A stretch of DNA of 61,899 nucleotides from Candidatus Parcubacteria bacterium. Its GTDB lineage: Bacteria > Patescibacteriota > Minisyncoccia > Phycocordibacterales > JBAYGS01. The notes beneath the pieces are model-generated. The model ran no database searches, had not been told where the DNA came from, and saw only the letters and a list, made by a program, of their open reading frames with translations. The position numbers and the translations under genes are program-made. This document shows, piece by piece, positions 1-8,878 of this stretch. The DNA is taken from contig JBDKKW010000003.1 in the NCBI GenBank assembly GCA_039795895.1, positions 1-61,899 of the forward strand. The letters are read 5' to 3'. Position 1 is the first letter of the stretch. Every line of letters starts with the position of its first letter.

Positions 1-2250
1 GCCTCATCAACCGCTCTCGGTACTACTGACCGATTCGTCATCAGTGGTGCCGGCAATGTCGGTATTGGTACCACTTCTCCTGGTCAGATGCTCTCTGTTG
101 CCGGAGATATCTTGGGTAACAACTTTATTGGCTCATACTTCACCGCGACGAGTACGACTGCAACAAGTTATTTTGCAGGAAAGATCGGTGTTGGTACTAC
201 CACTCCAAACTGGCTCTTCCAGCTCGCAAGTACCACCGCAAGTAATACAATGAAAGGCCAATTGGCTTTGACTGATATGGCTGCAGGTGCCGATCTTAAG
301 CATTGGGTATTTGCATCTGAAGGTGGTGCACTCTACTTTGCTACTTCGACCGATGCGTTTGCAACCTCAACCGTTCCAGCGTTGATGATAACCAAAAATG
401 GTAACGTCGGTATTGGTACCACTTCACCATACCTACCATTGTCGGTATACGGAGGTGCAGCAGCCACCTATTTTGTGGGCTCAGCAACGACTTCGACCAC
501 CACTCTCGCGGGTAGCTTCAACGTGGCAAACGGAGCAATGTTCTATGATAACTCTGGTGCATACACCAGTATCGACAACCTCCAGACTGGTGCACAGAGT
601 TTTGATACCAACGCAGGTATTGTGAGTTGGGTAGATGTTCCCGTTACTTCGGCTGCACCTGCAAGTACTATTGAAAGTTATAGTGCCCAAGTTGGAGGTA
701 CTTCGTTGCTCACTGTTTACGGTGAATCAGACGGTGCTGGAGGTGTGCAAAATCTTCGAGTGGGTATTGGTTCGACTAGTCCGACCCAGATGTTGACTGT
801 CACGGGAGGGGTCAACTTTACTGGTATCGCTGCTGGTGCAGGTACTGCCTATGTCTGTAGTACTGTGACCACTGGTGTACTTTCAACTTCTACTACAGCA
901 TGTAATCCGTCATCGATTCGATTCAAGGAAAATGTGGAAAATCTTTCGGCTGATCGCGGACTTGCTGGTGTGCTTCGTATGCGACCAGTGACTTATACCT
1001 ACAAGCCAGATATGGCGATTAGTGGTCAGCAAGTTGGATTTATCGCTGAAGAAATGGTGGGTATTGTGCCGGAAGCAGTGGGCTTTGATAGCCAAGGACT
1101 TCCAAGTAATATCGACTATGCAAAGTTGACTCCGATTCTTGCGAAAGCAATTCAGGAGCTTGCGACAACAACTGCATTTATCAGTAATGAGTGGGCAAGT
1201 ACTACTCCAGTATTTGCAGTGACTGCTGAGGGAAATATCGGTATCGGTACTTCGACTCCAGCATACAAGCTCCAGGTGATGGGTGATATTGCAGCGACTT
1301 CGTTTGTGAACATCTCGACTCGTGATGCCAAGAAAGATATTTCATATCTTTCTGCGAGTGATGACGCTACGGTCCTTGAGAAAATCAAGGCACTCAATGT
1401 GGCAACCTATCGATACAATATCGAGCCAAACAGCAACCCGCTTCGTATGGGCTTGATCGCTGAAGAAGCACCATCAGAAATCCTCGCGGTCGGTGGCAAG
1501 GGTGTCGATATCTACAAGCTCTCATCATTTATCCTCGCGGGTGTGAAAGCACAGCAAAGTAAGCTCGAATCTCTCGAGACTCGCATCGCGCGACTCGAAG
1601 CAAATCAGTCGACTGGTGGCACACAGACTCAGTCTGTCGGAGACTACTTGAGTCAGATGGGTGTCCAGCTCTCAGCGACCGTCGCACAATTTAAGACAAT
1701 GGTGGTAGATGCGCTCACCGTCGGTAGTAGCGACAAGCCATCAGGCATCACGCTCTACGATGAGGTCACCAAACAGCCATACTGCTTGAAGATTGCAAAT
1801 GGTGCGACCGTCACTGCTCCAGGAGTCTGTACTTCAGTATCGAGTGCTCCAAGTATCCCTGAGACTTCGACCACCACACCGTCACTTCCATCAGGTACCG
1901 CAACTTCAACCTCGAGTGATACAATCCCTCCAGTGATTAGTCTTAATGGCAACAATCCTGCGACCGTACAGCGAGGCGCGACTTACCTTGATCCGGGTGC
2001 GACTGTGACTGACAATGTCAATGATAATCTCGGGGTGACAACTGTTGGTGGCGAAATCGATACTACAATCCCAGGAGAATATACGGTACACTACAGTGCG
2101 ACTGACGCAGCAGGGAACACTGCGAGTACCACTCGTACCGTGATCGTTACTGATTCGTCTGCAACAAATACGATGCTCAATGTCTCGACGACCACCGATG
2201 TAAGTGGTACGACAAGCACCGCAACGACCTCTGATACCGTAACACCATAG
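1..2250 (+). CDS. Fibre-like surface protein (5' end off-window) with GIGT[TS]SP glycine repeats, two tandem peptidase-S74 intramolecular-chaperone domains, a coiled coil and a C-terminal Ig-like (DUF5011-type) domain
   Basis: Frame 1 is open from nt 1 (ASSTALGTTDRFVISGAGNVGIGTTSPGQ precedes the first Met at 88); stop at 2248-2250. S74-like blocks: SSIRFKENVENL..VGFIAEEM..IDYAKLTPILAKAIQEL (~907-1180) and STRDAKKDISYL..MGLIAEEAP..KLESLETRIARLE (~1315-1605). Ig-like block: PPVISLNGNNPATVQRGATYLDPGATVTD..YTVHYSATDAAGN (~1920-2150). Confidence 0.75.
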   Translation, partial: ASSTALGTTDRFVISGAGNVGIGTTSPGQMLSVAGDILGNNFIGSYFTATSTTATSYFAGKIGVGTTTPNWLFQLASTTASNTMKGQLALTDMAAGADLKHWVFASEGGALYFATSTDAFATSTVPALMITKNGNVGIGTTSPYLPLSVYGGAAATYFVGSATTSTTTLAGSFNVANGAMFYDNSGAYTSIDNLQTGAQSFDTNAGIVSWVDVPVTSAAPASTIESYSAQVGGTSLLTVYGESDGAGGVQNLRVGIGSTSPTQMLTVTGGVNFTGIAAGAGTAYVCSTVTTGVLSTSTTACNPSSIRFKENVENLSADRGLAGVLRMRPVTYTYKPDMAISGQQVGFIAEEMVGIVPEAVGFDSQGLPSNIDYAKLTPILAKAIQELATTTAFISNEWASTTPVFAVTAEGNIGIGTSTPAYKLQVMGDIAATSFVNISTRDAKKDISYLSASDDATVLEKIKALNVATYRYNIEPNSNPLRMGLIAEEAPSEILAVGGKGVDIYKLSSFILAGVKAQQSKLESLETRIARLEANQSTGGTQTQSVGDYLSQMGVQLSATVAQFKTMVVDALTVGSSDKPSGITLYDEVTKQPYCLKIANGATVTAPGVCTSVSSAPSIPETSTTTPSLPSGTATSTSSDTIPPVISLNGNNPATVQRGATYLDPGATVTDNVNDNLGVTTVGGEIDTTIPGEYTVHYSATDAAGNTASTTRTVIVTDSSATNTMLNVSTTTDVSGTTSTATTSDTVTP

Positions 2251-2253
2251 TGT

Positions 2254-4380
2254 ATGTCTCTACGGATATTCAAAATTAACGCACTTCTTGTATCACTAGT
2301 ATTCAGTGTGTACTTCGGTGTGTGTGTATCTCGAGTCAATGCAGCGACGAAAATAAATGCACCAGCTTCTGTACGTCTGACGAGTGGACTGGTTGATTAT
2401 TGGCCGTTTGATGCTCCGTATGTTAGTTTTGTCTCTAACACCGCCACCGATATTGCGAGTGGCGCTAAAAATGCCACGTTTGTGAGTATGGCTACGAGTA
2501 GTGCTCCTGTGGCGGGCAAGCTTGGGCAAGCCTTGTATTTTGCGGGAGTGAGTAGTCATTTGAATGTGAGTAATCTTGATAGTGTTGGCGGTACCCAGAC
2601 CGTCTCTTTTTGGTTGAAGCGGGGCCGTACATCGTCCGGAGGATTTGAGGGTGTTATTGGTTGTAACACGACTGGAGGATGGGGTATCGGTATTGATGGG
2701 GTGACCATCAACGGAAGATTATATAATGGAAAAATCGGTACCTCTGCACACTACACAACAGGAACTATTCTTGATACCAAGTGGCACCATGTGGTCCAGA
2801 CTCGCGACGGTGCGACTGTGCAATTCTATATCGATGGTGCATTTGATTCGAGTCAGGCTGATACTGATACCTACAGCTGTACGAGTGGTACAGCGACTTA
2901 TACCATCGGAGATATTAACAGTGGTGCGCCGTTGCTCGGGACGATTGATGATCTTCGTGTATACAACAGAATCTTGAGTACGACCGAAATCACTTCGTTG
3001 TACAAGCTCGGCCAAGCCACCATTCAAGCTTCAAAAAAGACTACTCGCACCGACGGACTGATTGGTATTTGGACGTTTGATGGCAAAGATATTACCAATG
3101 GAAGAATTCTCGATCGCAGTGGCAACGGGCGAGATTTGTATATGAACAATATTGCAACCTCATCTTTTTATGTTTCCGGTAAAAATGGACAAGCGGGGAG
3201 TTATAGTGGAAACAGTAGTCGCAAGGAATACGCCATGTCGTCGGCGACCACATGGGGAATTTCGACTGTCTATAGTATGTCGGCATGGATAAAAACTTCA
3301 GCAAGTAATGCTGCTTCGGTCGTTGCTTTGGGAAGGCAGAGTGTACTCGATGAACCAATGATTTATATGTCGCCCACCAACGCCGCCTTTTATATTTCTT
3401 GTGGTGCAGGATGTTATACCGGTATGGTGGGTAATGTGACAACCATCAACAATGGGAAGTGGCATCATATTGTGGTGACTTCTTCGGCACACGCTTGCGC
3501 AAGCTTGCGTATCTATGTTGATGGGGTTCTCGAAGGAAATACTTGTAGCACCGCTGGAGCAGCCACTGCTCCAAGTGATGGCTCTAATCGGTATTTATCA
3601 GTAGGTTTCCGTTCGTGGCCATATCCGACCGGAGCGTCAGAACTTTTTAATGGATTGATTGATAATGTCCGACTCTACAACAAAGCACTATCTGCTCAGG
3701 AGGTCACTGCACTATATAAGGCCGAGAGTGCGTCAAAGGTAAATGCCTCTCAAAATGCTCAGCTTGCTTCAGGTTTGGTGGGACTCTGGTCGCTCGATGG
3801 AGCAGATGCAATACGAGGTTCGTTTAAGGATCGTAGTGGTCAGAGCAGAGATGGATACATTGTCGGTACGATTGCCTCATCTACTTTTTATGTCCCAGGT
3901 AAGATTGGGCAATCGGTGAAATTTGCTGCGAATGACAGCTATATCAGTGTCCCCAATCTCGACACAAACACCCTGAGTGTTTTTGCGTGGATCAAGGTGA
4001 GTGGTGCCACCGACCAAGTGATTGTGGATGTGCTCGGTAGTGGTGGGTTTGGTTTTTATCTTGGAGGTGGAGCTGGAGGTACCTTGCGCCTAACAAAACG
4101 TGGTGGTTCTGAGGTGGCTTCTACGGGTACTGTTTCTGGGGGTGTGTGGCATCATGTTGGTGTGGTGTATGATGGCGCCAATGCTAAATTTTTTATCGAC
4201 GGTGTTCCGAGTGGTGCCCCGGCATACACACAAACGTTTTCAAGTGGATCAACTCGCTATGGTATCGGAGGTATTGAAGCTGCTGGGTTTACCATGAACG
4301 GGTGGCTCGATGATGTTCGATTGTACAACAGAACATTGTCTCAAGATGAGATCACACGCCTCTATAGTATTGGCAGATAA
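2254..4380 (+). CDS. Secreted protein with three LamG / concanavalin-A-like lectin modules
   Basis: 708-aa ORF with a signal-like N-terminus (INALLVSLVFSVYFGVCVSRVNA). Three ~230-aa modules each end in a LamG_3-type motif (IDDLRVYNRILSTTEITSLY, IDNVRLYNKALSAQEVTALY, LDDVRLYNRTLSQDEITRLY) and each carries a W-H-H-[VI] strand. Confidence 0.8.
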   Translation: MSLRIFKINALLVSLVFSVYFGVCVSRVNAATKINAPASVRLTSGLVDYWPFDAPYVSFVSNTATDIASGAKNATFVSMATSSAPVAGKLGQALYFAGVSSHLNVSNLDSVGGTQTVSFWLKRGRTSSGGFEGVIGCNTTGGWGIGIDGVTINGRLYNGKIGTSAHYTTGTILDTKWHHVVQTRDGATVQFYIDGAFDSSQADTDTYSCTSGTATYTIGDINSGAPLLGTIDDLRVYNRILSTTEITSLYKLGQATIQASKKTTRTDGLIGIWTFDGKDITNGRILDRSGNGRDLYMNNIATSSFYVSGKNGQAGSYSGNSSRKEYAMSSATTWGISTVYSMSAWIKTSASNAASVVALGRQSVLDEPMIYMSPTNAAFYISCGAGCYTGMVGNVTTINNGKWHHIVVTSSAHACASLRIYVDGVLEGNTCSTAGAATAPSDGSNRYLSVGFRSWPYPTGASELFNGLIDNVRLYNKALSAQEVTALYKAESASKVNASQNAQLASGLVGLWSLDGADAIRGSFKDRSGQSRDGYIVGTIASSTFYVPGKIGQSVKFAANDSYISVPNLDTNTLSVFAWIKVSGATDQVIVDVLGSGGFGFYLGGGAGGTLRLTKRGGSEVASTGTVSGGVWHHVGVVYDGANAKFFIDGVPSGAPAYTQTFSSGSTRYGIGGIEAAGFTMNGWLDDVRLYNRTLSQDEITRLYSIGR

Positions 4381-4447
4381 TACCTAAGTGCGTCTGGATT
4401 AAAGACGGGTTTAAAGAAGAAAATATTGCTATAATCAACTCACGTAT

Positions 4448-6520
4448 ATGGCAAAAAACCCCACCAACAATTTTATGTATTTACTGAGATTCTTTGTCGG
4501 TGTGCTTGTGTTGGTGCCTGTTTTTGCGCATGCTTCGGTCAAGACTAATGTGTCGACTCCGCCAGTGAGTAATCGGGGACTTGTAGGCTACTGGTCGTTT
4601 AACGGTACTGATGTGAATTCCACGACCGTATTTGATCGCAGTACGTACGCATACGATGGCACCCTTCACGGTATGGGGACAAAATACTCACTTTCTGGAA
4701 AAGTGGGTCAGGCGTTTTCTTTTGATGGTACCGGTGCGTATATATCACTCCCAAATCTTGATATGCAAGCGCCTTTGTCGTGGTCATTTTGGATTAAGCG
4801 GGGGAGGATTGGTCACGCGAACGATGATTTTTTTGGTGGTGACAGCGCGGGTTCGTGGGGTCTTGGCTTCAACGCAGACAATACACTCTTTCTTACAAAA
4901 GTGGGGGTTAATAGTGTAAGCTCGACGGGCACTATCACCGATATGAAGTGGCATCATGTGGCGGTGACTTATGATGGTACGAATGTACGATTTTATTTTG
5001 ACGGTGTTCTTGATTCTGCTCCAAGCTATACGAGTGGTACCTATACTAGTAGTGGGGGTGCGTACGCGATGGGGAGGGTAAATGTTTCGGCGTATTTTAG
5101 TGGCGCACTTGATGAGGTGCGGATGTATAGTCGGGTGTTGTCGGCATCAGAGGTGAGGACCTTGTACGGTAGTGGGTCGGTAAAGATTGCGAGTCCTTCA
5201 TCGAGTAATGCGGTGGTACCCAATGGTCTGATTGGTCTCTGGTCGTTTAATACCAATGACGTTGTGAATGGGACACTGATCGATCGAAGTGTTTCTGGAA
5301 ATACTGCGTATTTGTACAACACGGCAACATCGACGGTCTACAGTACTGGACGTATCGGTCAGGGGCTGACTTTTGATGGTGCCGATGATTATGCAAAGAC
5401 GCTCGCCACGACTTGGGGGGTGACCAATACTCTCTCGATGTCGGCGTGGATAAAAACAACGAGTAATACGTTGTCGATCGCATCGCTGGGCCACACCACA
5501 GTCACCGATGAAGCTTTGATGTATGTGTATGGTGGTACGGCGGCGCTGTATTTTTCTCAGGGGACTGGTGTGTACACAGGTGTCAATGGCACAAAGATAG
5601 TGAATGACGGCGTGTGGCACCATGTGGTGGTTGTGGCTACGGGACCGTCTGTTGCGTGCGCGAATATACGGATATATGTCGATGGTGTGCGTGATACTGA
5701 ACATTGTATTGCAGAAAGTGTCTCTAGTATCAGTGATGCTACGCCTCGTAATTTTTTCATCGGATGGCGTTCATGGGGTGGGGGCGGATTTGAATTGTAT
5801 AATGGGAGTATCGATGATGTTCGGTTATATAATCGCGTGCTTACTTTAGGAGAGATAGGACAACTATATCGTTCGAGCGGTGTTACCAATCTCAATGTGT
5901 CTCAGAATAAAAAGAGCATTGGGGGACTTGTGGGATTGTGGTCATTTGATGGGTCAGATATGGTGACAGGGACCACCGCCTACGATCGGAGTGGAAATGG
6001 GTATAATGGAGCACTGCATGGATTGGCGACTTCCAGTGTTGCGGTCGGCAAGGTGGGACAGGCGCTCCGATTCAATGGAGTCGACAATTATATTAGCGTC
6101 CCTAATTTTGATATGAGCACTTTGAGTGCTTTTGGGTGGGTCAATATTACTCCCGGGAGTACTCAGGCGATTATTGATAGTCTCGCTAATGGCGGATGGG
6201 GTTTGTATATTGCGTCAGACGACACGGTGCGTTTTACCAAGCGGGGTAGTGCCGAAGTTGTCTCAGTGGGTACGGTATCGCGTGGATGGCACTATATTGG
6301 TGTCACCTATGATGGTGCAAATGCACGATTGTATATTGATGGTGTGCTCGACAGTGCGCCAGCCTTTAGTCAAACATTTTCTAATGGCGCGATGGGGTAT
6401 GGTATCGGTGGCTTGAGTTCTGCTGGGTTTACAATCAACGGCCGTCTCGATGATGTGCGTTTGTACAATAGAGTGCTCTCTTCGACTGAAGTAAGGACGC
6501 TGTACAATACAGAAAAGTAG
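4448..6520 (+). CDS. Secreted triple-LamG protein, tandem paralog of 2254..4380
   Basis: 690-aa ORF with a signal-like N-terminus (FFVGVLVLVPVFAHA). Same three-module layout (LDEVRMYSRVLSASEVRTLY, IDDVRLYNRVLTLGEIGQLY, LDDVRLYNRVLSSTEVRTLY). Confidence 0.8.
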   Translation: MAKNPTNNFMYLLRFFVGVLVLVPVFAHASVKTNVSTPPVSNRGLVGYWSFNGTDVNSTTVFDRSTYAYDGTLHGMGTKYSLSGKVGQAFSFDGTGAYISLPNLDMQAPLSWSFWIKRGRIGHANDDFFGGDSAGSWGLGFNADNTLFLTKVGVNSVSSTGTITDMKWHHVAVTYDGTNVRFYFDGVLDSAPSYTSGTYTSSGGAYAMGRVNVSAYFSGALDEVRMYSRVLSASEVRTLYGSGSVKIASPSSSNAVVPNGLIGLWSFNTNDVVNGTLIDRSVSGNTAYLYNTATSTVYSTGRIGQGLTFDGADDYAKTLATTWGVTNTLSMSAWIKTTSNTLSIASLGHTTVTDEALMYVYGGTAALYFSQGTGVYTGVNGTKIVNDGVWHHVVVVATGPSVACANIRIYVDGVRDTEHCIAESVSSISDATPRNFFIGWRSWGGGGFELYNGSIDDVRLYNRVLTLGEIGQLYRSSGVTNLNVSQNKKSIGGLVGLWSFDGSDMVTGTTAYDRSGNGYNGALHGLATSSVAVGKVGQALRFNGVDNYISVPNFDMSTLSAFGWVNITPGSTQAIIDSLANGGWGLYIASDDTVRFTKRGSAEVVSVGTVSRGWHYIGVTYDGANARLYIDGVLDSAPAFSQTFSNGAMGYGIGGLSSAGFTINGRLDDVRLYNRVLSSTEVRTLYNTEK

Positions 6521-6559
6521 AATCTTGTTATACTATAAGGACGAATTAAATTTAATGTT

Positions 6560-7609
6560 ATGAAAAAAATAAAAGTAGCAATCAACGGATTTGGACGAAT
6601 CGGACGAGCCTTTTTGAAGGTAGCGCGAGAGCGAACGAGCGAGATAGAGGTGGTGGCGATTAATGACTTGGGTGATATCAAGAGCTTTGCTTACTTGCTC
6701 AAATACGATACTGCGTATGGTGTGAGTGATTTTGAGGTGAAAGTGAAGGCGGATAATTCTGCATTGATTGTCGATGGCAAAGAGGTTGCGTTTGTCAGTG
6801 AACGCGACGCGACAAAACTTCCATGGGGGAAACTCGGTGTGGATGTGGTGGTAGAGTCGACCGGACTTTTCACTAGTTTTGAAAAAGCCCAGGTGCATAT
6901 TACGGCTGGGGCAAAACGAGTGGTGATCTCGGCGCCAGCGAAGGATGAAGCCGGAGTCGCCGGCGCCCCAGTCGTAGCTGGCGAAACCGTCTTGATGGCT
7001 ATGAATGAAGAAAAGCTTGGTACCTGCCAAATCACTTCAAACGCGTCTTGTACCACCAACGCTGGTTCGCCTTTACTTGCGATTCTCGATGGAGCGCTTG
7101 GTGTCGAAAAAGCTCTTCTTAATACCGTGCACGGCTACACCGCGAGCCAGTCTCTCGTAGACGGTCCAAATAAAAAAGATTTTCGTGAAGGCCGTGCTGC
7201 GGCGCAAAATATAGTGCCTTCTTCAACTGGCGCGGCGATTGCGGTGACCAAGATTATTACCCACTTGAAAGGACTTTTTGACGGGGTCTCAATGCGAGTG
7301 CCGGTGGTTACCGGTTCTATCGTAGATGTGACTTTTGTCTCAAAGAAAAATACTTCAGCCGAGGAGGTAAATGCGATTTTGAAAAAGGCCGCGGACTCTG
7401 CTCGCTGGAAAGGGATTTTTACGGTGACCGAAGAGCCTCTTGTTTCGAGCGACATTATCGGCAATCGCCACGCGTCTATCGCTGACCTCGCTTTTACTCG
7501 CGTGGTTGGGGGCAATCTCGTAAAGGTAATGGCGTGGTACGACAACGAGATGGGGTATACCTACACGCTCGTGGATCATGTGATTAAGGCGGGGAAGTTG
7601 GTTAAATAA
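6560..7609 (+). CDS. gap: Glyceraldehyde-3-phosphate dehydrogenase
   Basis: MKKIKVAINGFGRIGR Rossmann start, SNASCTTN catalytic-Cys motif, WYDNEMGY near the C-terminus. Confidence 0.95.
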   Translation: MKKIKVAINGFGRIGRAFLKVARERTSEIEVVAINDLGDIKSFAYLLKYDTAYGVSDFEVKVKADNSALIVDGKEVAFVSERDATKLPWGKLGVDVVVESTGLFTSFEKAQVHITAGAKRVVISAPAKDEAGVAGAPVVAGETVLMAMNEEKLGTCQITSNASCTTNAGSPLLAILDGALGVEKALLNTVHGYTASQSLVDGPNKKDFREGRAAAQNIVPSSTGAAIAVTKIITHLKGLFDGVSMRVPVVTGSIVDVTFVSKKNTSAEEVNAILKKAADSARWKGIFTVTEEPLVSSDIIGNRHASIADLAFTRVVGGNLVKVMAWYDNEMGYTYTLVDHVIKAGKLVK

Positions 7610-7612
7610 TTT

Positions 7613-7900
7613 ATGAACATAATTTCATTTGTAATTATCTCTGTCGTTTTGGGGCTATTAAATGGTTTTCTTGGAAGAAATCCTAACAAGAAATATCGGG
7701 TCTATACGGTATCAGGTTATTGCATTTTTATTGGTGGATTAGTGTTTTTATGGTTAATGTTTACTTCACCCTCGAAATATCCTCTGGGGTTATGGGATTA
7801 CCTTACTTTCCCCGGAATTCTAATTATTCTCGGTATTCTAATAATTATTGCCTCCCATTTTAAATTGGATGAAAAAGACAAATCCCATAAACTTTGGTAA
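7613..7900 (+). CDS. Small hydrophobic ORFan membrane protein (95 aa), visibly A+T-rich
   Basis: ORF with about three hydrophobic segments and no recognisable family. It sits between gap and rpiB. Confidence 0.5.
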   Translation: MNIISFVIISVVLGLLNGFLGRNPNKKYRVYTVSGYCIFIGGLVFLWLMFTSPSKYPLGLWDYLTFPGILIILGILIIIASHFKLDEKDKSHKLW

Positions 7901-7979
7901 AAATGATATTACTTCCTATTCCAGTACCAGTAGACTCCTGCAGGGAAGTAGGGTTAATCATCATTAAATAAAAAAGGAA

Positions 7980-8447
7980 ATGAAAAAAGATTTTAAACCA
8001 AGAATTTTGTTTGCCACTGACCATGCTGGGTTTGAGTTGAAAAATCAGCTCCTGGCTTTTGTAAAAGAGCTTGGGTATGAGACTGAAGATATGGGCGCAT
8101 ATACGTTTGATGCAAATGACGACTACCCGGGAATTATGGCGCCGGTCGGTTTTGCAGTGGGGAGCAATCCAGAAAAGTGCAAAGCGATTATTTTAGGTGG
8201 CTCGGGACAAGGGGAGGCGATAGTGGCGAACCGATTTCCGGGCGTACGGGCAGTGGTCTACTACGGAGGAAATCTTGAAATTATCAAACTTTCTCGAGAG
8301 CACAATGATGCCAACATTCTCTCTCTCGGCGCTCGTTTTTTGACCGTCGACGAAGCTAAGGAAGTGGTAAGGCTTTGGCTTGAGACTGCTTTTTCTGGTG
8401 AGGAAAGACATATTCGACGCTTGGAACAAATAGATCATATCTCGTAG
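7980..8447 (+). CDS. rpiB: Ribose-5-phosphate isomerase B
   Basis: RpiB/LacAB family pattern (ILFATDHAGFELK, GGSGQGEAIVANR, HNDANILSLGARF). Its stop TAG 8445-8447 is the first unit of the heptamer array. Confidence 0.9.
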   Translation: MKKDFKPRILFATDHAGFELKNQLLAFVKELGYETEDMGAYTFDANDDYPGIMAPVGFAVGSNPEKCKAIILGGSGQGEAIVANRFPGVRAVVYYGGNLEIIKLSREHNDANILSLGARFLTVDEAKEVVRLWLETAFSGEERHIRRLEQIDHIS

Positions 8448-8477
8448 ACATTAGTAGTTAGACACTAGACATTAGCC
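8445..8477. repeat. TAG-heptamer array, left arm (TAGACAT TAGTAGT TAGACAC TAGACAT TAGCC)
   Basis: Period-7 units. TAG at 8445, 8452, 8455, 8459, 8466 and 8473 covers all three frames. 8445-8463 is the perfect reverse complement of 8848-8866. Confidence 0.85.
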
Positions 8478-8481
8478 AGAA

Positions 8482-8853
8482 ATGAAAATTCATAATTATG
8501 AAAAGCTTGTGGTCTGGCAAAAATCAATGGACTTAGTCCAGGAGGTGTATACTTTGTCTGAGAAATTCCCCAAGACAGAATTATACGGTTTAACAAATCA
8601 AATACGAAGGAGTGCTGTATCAATACCCTCAAATATAGCCGAAGGGAGTCATCGAAAGACGGATAACGATTTTTAGCAATTTTTGTGTATCGCTTCCGGA
8701 TCAGCTGCTGAGCTACAGACGCAAATTAAGATTGCTCGGAGATTGGGCTTTTGTGTTTCTTTGATAGCGGAGTATGGTAAAATTGAGTCACTTATAGTAG
8801 AAGTAAGAAAAATGCTGTTCGGGATGGTCGATAATCTTAAGTCTAATGTCTAA
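8482..8853 (+). pseudogene. Four-helix-bundle protein gene (23S rRNA intervening-sequence protein / Avd-like family) interrupted by an in-frame TAG
   Basis: MKIHNYEKLVVWQKSMDLVQEVY..IRRSAVSIPSNIAEGSHRKTDNDF, then TAG (8674-8676), then QFLCIASGSAAELQTQIKIARRLGF.. in the same frame to TAA 8851-8853. Together they give a family-typical ~123 codons. Confidence 0.75.
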
Positions 8854-8876
8854 CTACTAATGTCTAACGTCTAGTC
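8841..8876. repeat. TAA-heptamer array, right arm (GTCTAAT GTCTAAC TACTAAT GTCTAAC GTCTAGT C), inverted relative to 8445..8477
   Basis: TAA at 8844, 8851, 8858 and 8865 and TAG at 8872 (exact period 7) cover all frames. The array ends 2 nt before the rpe ATG. Confidence 0.85.
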
Positions 8877-8878
8877 CC

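Noticed and set aside
2254-6520. Diversity-generating retroelement acting on the LamG paralogs
   Set aside because: No reverse transcriptase and no template/variable repeat pair is present. Differences between the paralogous modules involve all base types by eye, not adenine-specific changes.
8674-8676. TAG reassigned as a sense codon
   Set aside because: TAG terminates well-conserved genes at their expected ends in this window (rpiB 8445, rpe 9584, nrdA 30683, lepA 43048), so a global reassignment is not supported.
8445-8876. Integron attC/core sites: GTTAGAC fits GTTRRRY and GTCTAAC fits RYYYAAC
   Set aside because: The matching heptamers are tandemly iterated. The inverted arms are separated by the whole ORF instead of forming a 60-140-nt attC downstream of it. 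No integron integrase or attI is present in the window.
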